64,000 nt of DNA, from NCBI GenBank assembly GCA_964505935.1, contig CAZDKX010000002.1, positions 2,617 through 66,616 on the forward strand, in the 5' to 3' direction. The number at the start of each line of letters is the position of its first letter. Within the stretch, counting starts at the first letter, position 1. The position numbers and the translations under genes are program-made. Positions 40,939 to 50,894 of the stretch are shown piece after piece. Under the pieces are notes generated by a model that made no database searches, was not told the origin of the DNA, and worked only from the letters and a program-made list of their open reading frames with translations. The stretch is from an uncultured Syntrophobacteraceae bacterium. GTDB lineage: Bacteria; Desulfobacterota; Syntrophobacteria; Syntrophobacterales; Syntrophobacteraceae.

Positions 40939-41052
40939 GGTTTTTAGCGGGAATCCAGCATTCTGAAACTTCATTTTGACGCTGAGACACAGAGGACACA
41001 GGGTCTCACGCCAAGGGCTTTTTCCGCAAGTTCCGCGTCTCTGCGTGAGACA
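40939..41052. repeat. composite REP-like region (ATTCCCGC hairpin plus GTCTCACGC/GCGTGAGAC hairpin)
   Basis: ATTCCCGCaggtttttaGCGGGAAT (40939-40963), and GTCTCACGC ... GCGTGAGAC arms at about 41012-41052. Confidence 0.6.
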
Positions 41053-41117
41053 AAAACGGTAGCTTCTCAAGCTGAACAAGCATAAGACTGCCTGAAAAGC
41101 CTTTCGAGGAGACAAAC

Positions 41118-42476
41118 ATGACTGCACCCAAGCGATTCGTACTACTCTTGATTGGCCTGGCACTGCTCGTTGTTCTGCCGTCCGTTGACGCGGTCACTTT
41201 TGGTGCCGATGAGGGGTTGGGGACGCAGTCGGACCAGGCTACCGGCGAACTGCGGCTCCTGGTGGTTGCCGTGCGGTTCCCGGACGCGACGCCTGCGTTC
41301 AGTCTGGATCATCTCCGAAAAAGGGCCGTCGACGACCTGGACCGCTATGTGCGGGAACAGTCCTTCGGTCGAGCCTGGCTCAAGGCCGATTTTCGGGGTT
41401 GGGTGGACCTGCCCGAGGCGCTTGCTAAATACAAGGTTAGCCCATACAACTTCAAGGTAGACCGCACTCGGGTGAGGAAGCTCATCGAAGATACCATGAC
41501 GAGAGTGGACCGCGACCTCAATTTCAGGCGCTATCAGCACCTGCTCATCATTCCGGGCGTTCGCACCATGCCGGGCGAAGGATACGGCATGCTCTGCTAC
41601 TGCGCCAACCCGGGGATGCTCACGGGCGTGAGAAGGAATGTGGCTTTCACGACCGTCCGCTCAGGTGACGGCAGGGAGTTTGACGGTGGCATCTTTGTAG
41701 GGGCCGAGAATGCGCACCTGGGGATGTTCGCCCACGATTTCTTTCACGCCCTGGGAGGCCTTGAGGGGGGTAAGCGGCGCGTACCCTGACTGTACGACTA
41801 CGAGCGTCAGTCTGACGCCTCCAGGCTCCCCTCTTTTGATCACCACGCCATCTACGTCGGCCCCTGGGACATCATGTCTCAGCATTTCGTGGAGCGGGGC
41901 GGACTGCCCCCGGGGCTCACCTCCTTTACGAAAATCCGCCTGGGCTGGATCAACAAGGAGGAAGTCCGCTTGGTGAGACCCGGTGAGACGGCCCTGGCCT
42001 TCCTCTCCCCGCTGAGTGTCGGCGGCGGGACCGTGGCGGTGAAGGTCCCCCTGTCATCGGGAAAATATTATCTCGTCGAGAATCGCCAACCGGTTGGCTT
42101 CGACCGTGCGCTGCCCGATTCCGGCATCCTGGTCCTCAAGGTCAATCCAGACGCCCAGGAAGGCTACGGCACCGTGCAGGTCATGGATGCAACGCCGACC
42201 GCCGCCCATTTCAGGCAGGCGACGTACCGGCTCGAGGCCGCGGGCAGAGACCTCTTCCGAGACCCCGAGGTGGCCGTCATCCCGCTCTGGCAGGAAGGCG
42301 ACAGGCTGGGGATCCTGATCACGACTCCCGAAAAGAGCACCCAGGCGGTGGAGGCCGCGCGGGCGGTGGCAGCCCTGACGAGGCAGGGCGGCCCCGCGGA
42401 GCGCCGCGCGGCACAGGCGAAGGCCGCCTTCATGGCCTTCGACTTCAAAAAGTGCCTCGAACATGCAGGCCATTGA
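41118..42476 (+). pseudogene. secreted M6 (immune inhibitor A)-like metallopeptidase homologue, interrupted by a single in-frame TGA at 41787-41789 (pseudogene or recoded gene)
   Basis: ORFs 41118-41789 and 41874-42476 are in the same frame, and the 28 codons between them are open. Signal peptide present. LLVVAVRFPD. A degenerate zinc motif HDFFHALGG (HExxH with E replaced by D). Then VP-TGA-LYDYE and VGPWDIMS...FTKIRLGWI, matching the M6 layout HExxH..G.P-D-LYD / WDLMS / LGW. Confidence 0.6.
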
Positions 42477-42648
42477 CCGGTGGCCGCGGAGAAGAGAATG
42501 GGTCGCCCATATCCTCCGCAAGACGGAACTGGAGCCTGGGAACCAGCTTCAACCATTGGCTATCACCGAAAGATGGGAGGTCTCCAGCATCTGCGGTCAG
42601 TGGTGGATGATGACGCTTCCTGTCTGAGCCAGTCATCATCAAGCCTGT

Positions 42649-43503
42649 CTAGGAACTGGTATACTTCTTGAGAAGGCGAAAGAGCTTGAGGGTGAGGTCA
42701 CCTGCTCTTCCCTTACCGATCTTGATCCCGTCTACGCTGTGAACACCCAGGATGTCGACCGTGGTTCCCGTCAAAAACATCTCTGCCATGAGAGGAAGAT
42801 CATCGGCCCGAATAGAGCTTTCGCGTACGACAAGACCGAGCTCCGCAGCATGATTCAACACCCAGGCACGGGTGATGCCGGCAAGAATACGGTTTGACAG
42901 CGGAGCGGTAAAGAGCGTTCCGTTCTTAACACCAAAGACGTTCGTATGCGTGCCTTCGCTGACGCAGCCGTCATCCCCCACAAAGATCGCCTCTTCCGCC
43001 CCCGCCCGCCTGGCGGCCTCCTGAGCCAGGCAGTTCGGCAGCAGGTTGACGGATTTGATGTCGCAACGCTGCCAGCGAATATCTTTAGTGGTCACGGTTG
43101 GCACCCCGACTGCTCGAACCCGTTCGTACTTGTCCGGCGGAATCTCCTGCACATAGATGAGCTCATTCGGGGCCGGGAGGGGGTCAGGAAAACAATGACT
43201 GCGTTTGGCGGCACCCCGGGTCACCTGGATATACAGCAACCCATTCCTGAAGCCTGCATGGTCGAGAGTGGTCAGCGCCCTTTGTTTCAATCGATCGAGG
43301 TTGCAGTCCATCTGAATCCCATTCAGGCTGGCCCTCAGTCGGTTGAAGTGTTCCTCCAAAAGCCAGGGCTTCCCACCGCAGGTGCGAATAGCCTCGTAGA
43401 CCCCGTCGCCGAAAAGGAACGCTCTGTCTGTGACAGGTACAAGGACTTCGTTGAGAGGCATTTCAAGGCCGTTCCAGTTTGCCAGAGGTTCGTTTCCACT
43501 CAT
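42649..43503 (-). CDS. class IV aminotransferase (D-amino-acid or branched-chain aminotransferase), 284 aa; start at the internal ATG
   Basis: VTDRAFLFGDGVYEAIR, catalytic-Lys region CDIKSVNLLPN, EGTHTNVF, and ILAGITR. GGAGGG Shine-Dalgarno before the ATG at 43503. Confidence 0.8.
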   Translation of the reverse strand: MSGNEPLANWNGLEMPLNEVLVPVTDRAFLFGDGVYEAIRTCGGKPWLLEEHFNRLRASLNGIQMDCNLDRLKQRALTTLDHAGFRNGLLYIQVTRGAAKRSHCFPDPLPAPNELIYVQEIPPDKYERVRAVGVPTVTTKDIRWQRCDIKSVNLLPNCLAQEAARRAGAEEAIFVGDDGCVSEGTHTNVFGVKNGTLFTAPLSNRILAGITRAWVLNHAAELGLVVRESSIRADDLPLMAEMFLTGTTVDILGVHSVDGIKIGKGRAGDLTLKLFRLLKKYTSS

Positions 43504-43908
43504 GGTTTGCCCTCCAACCAGATATTCAATGCCAAAGCCCCCGCCTTCGCAGGGTACTTCCAAGGTGCTGATGAGCCAAGTCCTCAATCCGGCAGCGCTC
43601 TTGGTCTGGATGCCAGGGGTTCGTTGAATACATCGGAAACATAGGATATCTCCTTTGCTGACAGGAAGCAACCCGACGGAGGCATTCAGCAGCCCCTGAA
43701 ACGGCTCAGTTCGGACCGGAGACCCGGGGAACCGGCTATGGCGCCATCAGGAAGCCCCAGCAGAAAGACGGCTTGTGAAAAGCTCGCGCATCGGCAGCCT
43801 TTCTGCTAGAATGACTTTGGCAACAGCCACGCTTCTGCAAGGGGCACGGCATCCGGTACGGCCACTCATTTTGTTGTCTGCCTGTTCACATGTTGAAGGG
43901 AAAAGTCC

Positions 43909-45069
43909 ATGTTTACCTTGATAAAAGATGCGCGCCTCTACACGCCCGAGCCCCTGGGCGTCATGGATATACTCATTGCCGGACGGTCGATCGTAAAGAT
44001 TGCAGAGAGCATCCAACTCCCGGCGGACTTCGAACACCTTCTCATTGCGGCCGAAGGGAAGATGGTCGCCCCAGGCTTTATCGACCTGCACGTCCACCTG
44101 TTGGGAGGAGGGGGAGAGGGAGGCTTCGGGACGAGGACTCCCGAGATCGTGCTCTCCCGCATCGCCGCAGCCGGAGTAACCACCGTCGTCGGCTGCCTGG
44201 GCACGGACGATGTCTCCCGAAGACCCGAAACGCTTCTCGCCAAAGCCATGCAATTGGAAGAAGAGGGGGTTTCGTCATTCATCTACACAGGATCATACCA
44301 GTTCCCCATGCCCACCATTACGGGGAGCGTCCGGAAGGACGTGGCCCTCATTCCCAAGGTCGTCGGCGTAGGGGAAATCGCGATCTCGGATCACCGTTCC
44401 TCCCAGCCGTCGTTCGAAGAGCTCTCCAGAGTGTCCGCTGAAGCGAGGGTTGGGGGAATGATCGGCGGCAAGGCGGGGGTGGTTCACCTCCATGTGGGAA
44501 ACGGTCCCTCGATGCTCGATCCCGTGCTGCGGATCGTAAAGCAAACGGAGATTCCCATCGGTCAGTTCCTGCCCACCCACCTTACCAGGACTGAAGCGCT
44601 GCTTGAGGAGGCTATTGCCTTCGCCAGGATGGGAGGAAACATCGACTTCACGGCCGGGGCAGGAGACCTCGGTTTTGCCTCCAGCATCTCGAGGGCCGTA
44701 AAGAGGGCCTTGGAACGGGGCGTACCGGTGGAACGGATGACCTTGAGCTCCGACTCAAACGGCTCGATGCCTGTCTTCGATGAAACCGGCAGACTTGTGC
44801 GGCTGGCCGTGGCAGACATCCGCAGCCTCTTCGTGGAGTTTACCAGGCTCGTGCGGGACGGTATCGCCCTCAAAGACGCATTGAAAATGATCACCTGCAA
44901 TGCTGCGCTGCGGGTGGGCATCTTTCGGCACAAGGGAAGCCTCGAGGCTGGGAAAGACGCCGATCTCGTGATACTTGGTGATGATCTGGCCCTCGAATCG
45001 GTGATGGCCGGAGGCCGGCTGCTGGTCCACAACGGGAAAGCCCTGGTCAGAGGGACCTTCGAAGACTGA
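43909..45069 (+). CDS. iadA: isoaspartyl dipeptidase (beta-aspartyl peptidase), 386 aa
   Basis: GFIDLHVHLLGGGGEGGFGTRTPE, and ...GEIAISDHRSS...VHLHVG..., the amidohydrolase-fold IadA signature. Confidence 0.85.
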   Translation: MFTLIKDARLYTPEPLGVMDILIAGRSIVKIAESIQLPADFEHLLIAAEGKMVAPGFIDLHVHLLGGGGEGGFGTRTPEIVLSRIAAAGVTTVVGCLGTDDVSRRPETLLAKAMQLEEEGVSSFIYTGSYQFPMPTITGSVRKDVALIPKVVGVGEIAISDHRSSQPSFEELSRVSAEARVGGMIGGKAGVVHLHVGNGPSMLDPVLRIVKQTEIPIGQFLPTHLTRTEALLEEAIAFARMGGNIDFTAGAGDLGFASSISRAVKRALERGVPVERMTLSSDSNGSMPVFDETGRLVRLAVADIRSLFVEFTRLVRDGIALKDALKMITCNAALRVGIFRHKGSLEAGKDADLVILGDDLALESVMAGGRLLVHNGKALVRGTFED

Positions 45070-45164
45070 AGAGATGTCTGAGAACCATGCCGTTGTCCGA
45101 TTGTGTAAATTTTCGTCGCATGGTATAAGGAAATCCTTCCCCTGATCGGTCACATTCTCTTAGG

Positions 45165-46184
45165 ATGCGAATGGAACCGCTCGAAACCATTCTGGATATT
45201 CAGTCTCTTAAAACCTACTTCTACACTTTCGAGGGTGTAGTGAAGGCTGTTGATGACGTGTCCTTTCAGCTGTGTCGGGGAGAAATCCTGGGCATTGTGG
45301 GGGAGTCCGGGTGCGGCAAAAGCGTTACGGCCCAATCCGTCATGCGTCTGATCCCCGACCCGCCCGGAAAGATTGTGGGAGGACGCATCCTTTTCGATGG
45401 AAAGGATCTCGCCTCCCTCCCCATGGAGAAGATCAGGGGCATACGGGGAAAGCGTATTTCCATGATCTTTCAGGAGCCCATGTCGTCTTTGAACCCCGTC
45501 TACACCATCGGGGACCAGATCTCGGAGATGTTCATGCTCCATGAGAAGCTCGGCAGACGCGAGAGCCTCGACCGGTCCATCGAGATGCTTCAGAAGGTAC
45601 AGATCCCTGCGCCGGAGAAAAGAGTCCACGATTACCCGCACCAGCTTTCGGGGGGCATGCGCCAGCGCGCCATGATTGCCATGGCCCTCTCCTGCAACCC
45701 GGAAGTCCTGATTGCCGATGAACCCACCACCGCTCTCGATGTCACCGTCCAGGCGCAGATCCTTGACCTGATCCTCCAGCTTCAAAAAGACTTCGACACG
45801 GCCATCATGATGATCACCCATGACCTGGGGGTGATTGCGGAAATCGCCGGCCGGGTCGTGGTCATGTATGCCGGAAAAATCGTGGAAGAGGCCCGGACGA
45901 TACCGCTCTTCGAGCAGCCTAAACACCCCTATACCCGTGGACTGCTGCTCTCCATTCCGAAGCTTGGGGAGCGTTCCCTGGGCGAGCGCCACCGGCTCTC
46001 GGAAATCCGGGGGATCGTTCCGGGGCTTCTGGATCTTCCGCAGGGCTGCCGTTTCTGGCCTCGCTGCGACCATGCCATGGCAAGCTGCCGGGAACAGGAG
46101 CCGCCCCTGGCAGAGGTCGGGCCCCGGCACCAGGTGAGATGCTGGCTGTACATGAGCCCTCAAGAACAGGGGAAAAGCACGTGA
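45165..46184 (+). CDS. peptide ABC transporter ATP-binding protein (DppD/OppD type), 339 aa
   Basis: [36 protein letters not shown], and the C-terminal oligopeptide-type extension with CRFWPRC. Confidence 0.9.
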   Translation: MRMEPLETILDIQSLKTYFYTFEGVVKAVDDVSFQLCRGEILGIVGESGCGKSVTAQSVMRLIPDPPGKIVGGRILFDGKDLASLPMEKIRGIRGKRISMIFQEPMSSLNPVYTIGDQISEMFMLHEKLGRRESLDRSIEMLQKVQIPAPEKRVHDYPHQLSGGMRQRAMIAMALSCNPEVLIADEPTTALDVTVQAQILDLILQLQKDFDTAIMMITHDLGVIAEIAGRVVVMYAGKIVEEARTIPLFEQPKHPYTRGLLLSIPKLGERSLGERHRLSEIRGIVPGLLDLPQGCRFWPRCDHAMASCREQEPPLAEVGPRHQVRCWLYMSPQEQGKST

Positions 46185-47146
46185 ACCCTCTTCTCACCGT
46201 CGAGGACCTCAAGGTCCATTTTCCCGTGAAGAAAGGCCTTTTTTCCAAGGTATCGGGCCATGTCTATGCCGTAGACGGCGTTTCGCTTTCGCTCGAAAGA
46301 GGCCAGACGCTGGGCCTTGTGGGCGAGAGCGGATGCGGGAAGACAACCACGGGTCTTGGCATCCTGGCCCTCATTCGGCCCACCTCCGGTAAAATCGTGT
46401 ACGACGGGGAGGAGATGAGCGAGGCCAAGCCGGCACGCCTGAGGGAGCTGCGCAGAGAGATCCAGATCATCTTCCAGGACCCCTATTCGTCGCTCAATCC
46501 CCGCATGACCGTCAATCAGATCCTTGCAGACCCGCTCAAGGTTCACGGCGTTTTCCCGGGAAAGGAAAGGGCCGAGCGCATCGCGTTTTTGCTCGATAAG
46601 GTGGGACTCACGCCGGAGCACGGGCGGCGCTATCCTCACGAATTTTCGGGCGGTCAGCGCCAGCGGATCGGGATCGCGCGGGCCTTGGCCCTCAATCCCA
46701 AGATCATCATCGGCGATGAACCGGTCTCCGCCCTGGACGTTTCCATTCAAGCCCAGATCATCAACCTCCTCGTTGATCTGCAGAAAGAATTTCAGCTCTC
46801 CTATATCATCATCGCCCATGATCTTGCCGTCGTGGAATATATCTGCGACCACATCGCGGTCATGTACCTGGGAAAGATCGTGGAATCCAGTTCCTACCGC
46901 GAGCTCTACACCCAGCCGAAGCATCCCTACACGCAGGCCCTGCTTTCGGCCATTCCCGTTGCCGATCCCCGCAGGAAGCGGGAGCGAATCATCCTCAAGG
47001 GCGACGTTCCGAGCCCCATTAAACCTCCCAGCGGGTGTCACTTTCATCCCCGCTGCGCTCAGCGCATGGAGGCGTGCAGTAAGGAAAGGCCTCGACTCCG
47101 GGATATTGGAGGCGGCCACCAGGTAAGCTGCTTTCTGTATGACTAG
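46181..47146 (+). CDS. peptide ABC transporter ATP-binding protein (DppF/OppF type), 321 aa, GTG start overlapping the upstream stop (GTGA)
   Basis: GESGCGKTTT, FSGGQRQRIGIARAL, IIGDEPVSALD, and CHFHPRC. Confidence 0.88.
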   Translation: MNPLLTVEDLKVHFPVKKGLFSKVSGHVYAVDGVSLSLERGQTLGLVGESGCGKTTTGLGILALIRPTSGKIVYDGEEMSEAKPARLRELRREIQIIFQDPYSSLNPRMTVNQILADPLKVHGVFPGKERAERIAFLLDKVGLTPEHGRRYPHEFSGGQRQRIGIARALALNPKIIIGDEPVSALDVSIQAQIINLLVDLQKEFQLSYIIIAHDLAVVEYICDHIAVMYLGKIVESSSYRELYTQPKHPYTQALLSAIPVADPRRKRERIILKGDVPSPIKPPSGCHFHPRCAQRMEACSKERPRLRDIGGGHQVSCFLYD

Positions 47147-47333
47147 CAGCTGGCGATCTGATGGCCGCAAGGTCCGGTTATCAGTTGGTGTGTGTTTCTG
47201 AGAGGGTGTCCAACGAGCTGCAACAGGTGCATCCTCGCCTGTTCCAGATGGTGAAGAAACCTGGAGGCTTTTGGGATACCCGTTGCGAGAGGCTGGTCGC
47301 TTTTATCAACCAACAAGAGGAGGAGGTTTGCCC

Positions 47334-48869
47334 ATGAGAAGAACGTTTTTCATTTTGTTGATGTGTTTGTGTGTGGTGGGGATGGCTTCCGCCGCCGGAG
47401 CGGCGCCCGCAAAGTCGTCTCTGGTAGTGGCCGTGGCCTCGCCTCCGGCGATGATGAACCCGATGGGAGACGATTCGGATGCCAACCTTTCCTTCATGGC
47501 CAATTTTTTCGACGGTCTGCTGCAGCGCGGCCCCGATGGGAAACTGGCCCCGGCCCTTGCTGTCAAGTATGAACACCCGGACCTGCTGACCTGGAAGATC
47601 GAGCTGCGAAAAGGCGTCAAGTTCCAAAACGGCGATGATTTCACCTCGGCTGATGTCAAGTTCACTTTCGAACGGATGGGCGACCCCAAGGTTTCACAGT
47701 TTAGAGACACGGCGCAGTCCATCGAGTCCATCGCAACTCCGGACGATTACACCGTGGTGATCAAGACCAAAACCCCCATTCCCTGGTTTGCCAACAACCT
47801 GCATCAGCTCTTTATCATGGGCAAGAAGTCCACCGAGGCTGCCAGTGAAGGGGATGTCATGACGAAGCCCAACGGCACCGGCGCCTACAAACTGGTGGAA
47901 TGGGTGAAGGGCTCTCACCTCAAGCTCGAAGCCAACGAAAACTACTGGGGAGGCGCTCCTCCCATAAAGGAGATCGAAGTCCGCACCATTACCGAGGCTT
48001 CGACCCGTTTTGCCGCGCTCGCCTCGGGTCAGGTGGACCTTGTCGCCGGGATCCCCGTCGAACTGCTGGCTCAGATCGCCAAGGACCCTAAGCTCCAGGT
48101 CATCACGAAGCCATCCCGCCGCTGCATCTTTCTCGCCCTGGGCAACAGCCCCGGCACGCCGACGGCCGACATCCGAGTACGCCAGGCGATGTATATGGCT
48201 ATAAACGAAAACGAGATCATCAAGAAGGTCATGCGCGATCAGGCATCACCGTCGGCCCAGGTCCCCGACCCGCCGACCGTGGGGTACAATCCTGCCATCA
48301 AGCGGCTTGCCTACGACCCCCAAAAAGCCAAGAAGCTGCTCCAGGAGGCGGGTTATCCCAACGGTTTCGACATCACTCTGAGCGGCCCCAACGACCGGTA
48401 TGTTCAGGATGCGGGTATCGCTCAGGCCGTGGCCGAGTACCTGGCAAAAGTGGGGATCAAGGTGAAGCTGGATGTGAAGCCCAAGTCCATCTTTTTCCCC
48501 GAGGTGAATCAGGGCAAGCTTCCCTTTTACCTCATCGGCTGGTTTGACGGGACCTACGACATGGGGCGGACCTACTTCAAGCTGGCCCACACCCGTGATA
48601 AGGAAAAAGGCTTTGGTGAACTGAACGGGTCCGCTTACAGCGATGGCGAAATTGACAAGCTCCTGGAGGCCACCGCCACCATGGCCGACCTGGAGGCACG
48701 CAAGAAGGCTCTGGAACATCTCAACAAGGTCGCCATGGAGGACAAGGTCCTCTGGGTCCCCCTCCACTACCAGGTCGAAGATTATGCCGTGCAGAAGGCC
48801 AAGAACATCAATTTCATGCCGCGCCCGGATGCCTGGATGGTTTACAAGGAAATCTCTTTCAAGAAGTAG
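47334..48869 (+). CDS. ABC transporter substrate-binding protein, family 5 (peptide/nickel), 511 aa
   Basis: Signal peptide MRRTFFILLMCLCVVGMASAAGA. GAGGAGGAGG Shine-Dalgarno. Family-5 motifs (TWKIELRKGVKFQNGDDFTSADVKFTFER). Confidence 0.88.
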   Translation: MRRTFFILLMCLCVVGMASAAGAAPAKSSLVVAVASPPAMMNPMGDDSDANLSFMANFFDGLLQRGPDGKLAPALAVKYEHPDLLTWKIELRKGVKFQNGDDFTSADVKFTFERMGDPKVSQFRDTAQSIESIATPDDYTVVIKTKTPIPWFANNLHQLFIMGKKSTEAASEGDVMTKPNGTGAYKLVEWVKGSHLKLEANENYWGGAPPIKEIEVRTITEASTRFAALASGQVDLVAGIPVELLAQIAKDPKLQVITKPSRRCIFLALGNSPGTPTADIRVRQAMYMAINENEIIKKVMRDQASPSAQVPDPPTVGYNPAIKRLAYDPQKAKKLLQEAGYPNGFDITLSGPNDRYVQDAGIAQAVAEYLAKVGIKVKLDVKPKSIFFPEVNQGKLPFYLIGWFDGTYDMGRTYFKLAHTRDKEKGFGELNGSAYSDGEIDKLLEATATMADLEARKKALEHLNKVAMEDKVLWVPLHYQVEDYAVQKAKNINFMPRPDAWMVYKEISFKK

Positions 48870-48883
48870 CGTGACGGTGAATC

Positions 48884-48919
48884 GGTGCGGCGGTGCGACC
48901 CCTGGCGCGCCGCCGCACC
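48884..48919 (+). other. intercistronic stem-loop after the SBP gene
   Basis: Perfect 10-bp stem GGTGCGGCGG / CCGCCGCACC with a 16-nt loop, 15 nt after the stop. Confidence 0.5.
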
Positions 48920-49008
48920 GTGGTCGCGACGTGCGGTCCGAGGCATGATCCGGAGACCGTGCAAGACGTGCTGCAACCTTTGGACGCTCCGGGACAAGAT
49001 CAGCGGGT

Positions 49009-49974
49009 ATGTTCACCTATACGGCAAGAAGGTTCATTCAGGGCTTGTTTGTGCTCCTGGCGGTCTCGATGACCTGTTTTGTCATCTTCCGCTACCTGGG
49101 AGACCCGGTCGTCAGCATGTCGGGTCTGTACGCCACCTTCGAGCAGCAGGAGGAGGTGCGCAAGATGCTTGGCCTGGACCAGCCCACCTATGTGCAGTAC
49201 GGCCGGTTCATCTGGGGTGTCTTGCACGGCAACTTCGGCATCTCCTACGTAAGCCGCGTTCCGGCCCTGGATCTCATTCTGGAGCGCTTTCCGGCCACCT
49301 TCGAACTGGCCACGACCGCCATGTGCCTCTCGTCCATTCTCGGGGTGTGCCTGGGCGTCTTGGTTTCCCTTAAACCCCGGGCATGGCATAGTCGGCTGAT
49401 CATGGCCGGCTCCCTGGGTGGCATTTCGATCCCGACTTTTCTGACCGGTATCCTGCTGATCATGGCGTTTTCCGTCTACCTGGGCATCCTGCCACCCTTC
49501 GGCCGCGGCGATACGGTCCCGATCGGTTTCTGGCAAACCGGCCTGCTTACGGCCGACGGCCTGCAGCATCTGATTCTTCCGGCGCTGACCCTGGCCATGT
49601 ACCAGCTGGCGGTGCTGCTGCGACTGACGCGCGCCGGCATGCGGGAAGTGCTGGCCGAAGAATATATCAAGACCGCCTGGTCCAAGGGGCTCTCCCCGTT
49701 CAAAGTCATTTTCAAACATGCCCTGCGCAACGTGATGATTCCGGTTGTGACCATATGCGGACTTCAATTCGGCGAGCTCATCGCCTTCTCCATCGTTACC
49801 GAGACCATCTTCCAGTGGCCGGGAATGGGCAACCTGCTGCTTACGTCCATTTACGAAACCGACCAGCCGGTCATTGTGACCTACATCATGCTGGCTTCCT
49901 TTATCATCCTTACCATCAACATGGTGGTGGACATCCTTTACGCCGTATTGAACCCGAAGATTCGCTATGACTGA
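49009..49974 (+). CDS. peptide ABC transporter permease (DppB type), 321 aa
   Basis: MFTYTARRFIQGLFVLLAVSMTCFVIF... and the EAA-like EYIKTAWSKGLSPFKVIFKHALRN. Confidence 0.9.
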   Translation: MFTYTARRFIQGLFVLLAVSMTCFVIFRYLGDPVVSMSGLYATFEQQEEVRKMLGLDQPTYVQYGRFIWGVLHGNFGISYVSRVPALDLILERFPATFELATTAMCLSSILGVCLGVLVSLKPRAWHSRLIMAGSLGGISIPTFLTGILLIMAFSVYLGILPPFGRGDTVPIGFWQTGLLTADGLQHLILPALTLAMYQLAVLLRLTRAGMREVLAEEYIKTAWSKGLSPFKVIFKHALRNVMIPVVTICGLQFGELIAFSIVTETIFQWPGMGNLLLTSIYETDQPVIVTYIMLASFIILTINMVVDILYAVLNPKIRYD

Positions 49975-50842
49975 GCGCCGCATCAGATCAAAACGGCTTC
50001 ACAGCTTCCTTCACGACCCATCTGCCGTCGTTGGGAGCATCATGCTGCTGGTGTTTATCCTGGGGGCGCTGTTTGCCCCGTGGATCACGCCGCAGAACCC
50101 CTACGACCTGACCGAGATCAGGCTGGCAAACTCCTTGAAGCCCCCCATCTGGTCCGAAGACGGTGAACAGCCTTTTCTCCTTGGCACCGACGACCAGGGA
50201 CGAGACATCTACAGTACCATTGTCTACGGATGCCGCACTTCGCTCACCGTCGCCTTCAGCGTTGTCCTTATCGCCGGCAGCTTCGGCGTCCTCATCGGGC
50301 TTCTGGCTGGCTATTACGGCGGATGGATCGACACGCTCACCATGCGGCTGGCCGATACCGTTTTTTCCTTTTCCACGACCCTCCTGGCGATTCTGCTGCT
50401 GGGGGTCTTCAAGAGCAGCGGCGTTCTGACCGTCATTGCCGCCATCTGTATTGCGGATTGGGTGCGCTACGCACGGACCATGCGGGGAAGCGTTCTCGAA
50501 GTCAAGCAGGAGGCGTATGTGATGGCGGCCAGGGCCTCGGGCGCAAGAGACGTTCGCATCCTCCTCAGACACATCCTGCCCAACGCCATCCCGCCCATCC
50601 TGGTAGTCGTTGCGGTGGACCTGGCCGTGGTGATCATGCTGGAGGCAACCCTGAGCTTCCTGGGGGTTGGGGTCCCCCTGACCGAACCTTCCCTCGGCAT
50701 GATGATCTCCACGGGCCAGCGCTATGTCTATGCCGATATGTGGTGGATGGTACTCTTCCCCGGCACCGCGCTCATTCTCCTGGTTGTGGGCATCAACCTT
50801 TTTGCCGATTGGCTGAGAGAAGAGCTCAATCCCAAAATTTAG
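49967..50842 (+). CDS. peptide ABC transporter permease (DppC type), 291 aa
   Basis: LGTDDQGRDIYS motif and EAYVMAARASGARDVRILLRHILPN. 8-nt overlap with the dppB-like gene. Confidence 0.9.
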   Translation: MTERRIRSKRLHSFLHDPSAVVGSIMLLVFILGALFAPWITPQNPYDLTEIRLANSLKPPIWSEDGEQPFLLGTDDQGRDIYSTIVYGCRTSLTVAFSVVLIAGSFGVLIGLLAGYYGGWIDTLTMRLADTVFSFSTTLLAILLLGVFKSSGVLTVIAAICIADWVRYARTMRGSVLEVKQEAYVMAARASGARDVRILLRHILPNAIPPILVVVAVDLAVVIMLEATLSFLGVGVPLTEPSLGMMISTGQRYVYADMWWMVLFPGTALILLVVGINLFADWLREELNPKI

Positions 50843-50894
50843 TCATGAGGCCGCAATCTCATATCAGGAAAATTGTGCAGAGCGAGGGAAATTT

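Noticed and set aside
41140-41160. Second sigma-54-like TGGCAC (TGGCACtgctcGTTGT) near 41159.
   Set aside because: It lies inside the signal-peptide coding region of the M6-like gene, and the -12 GC is out of register by one position.
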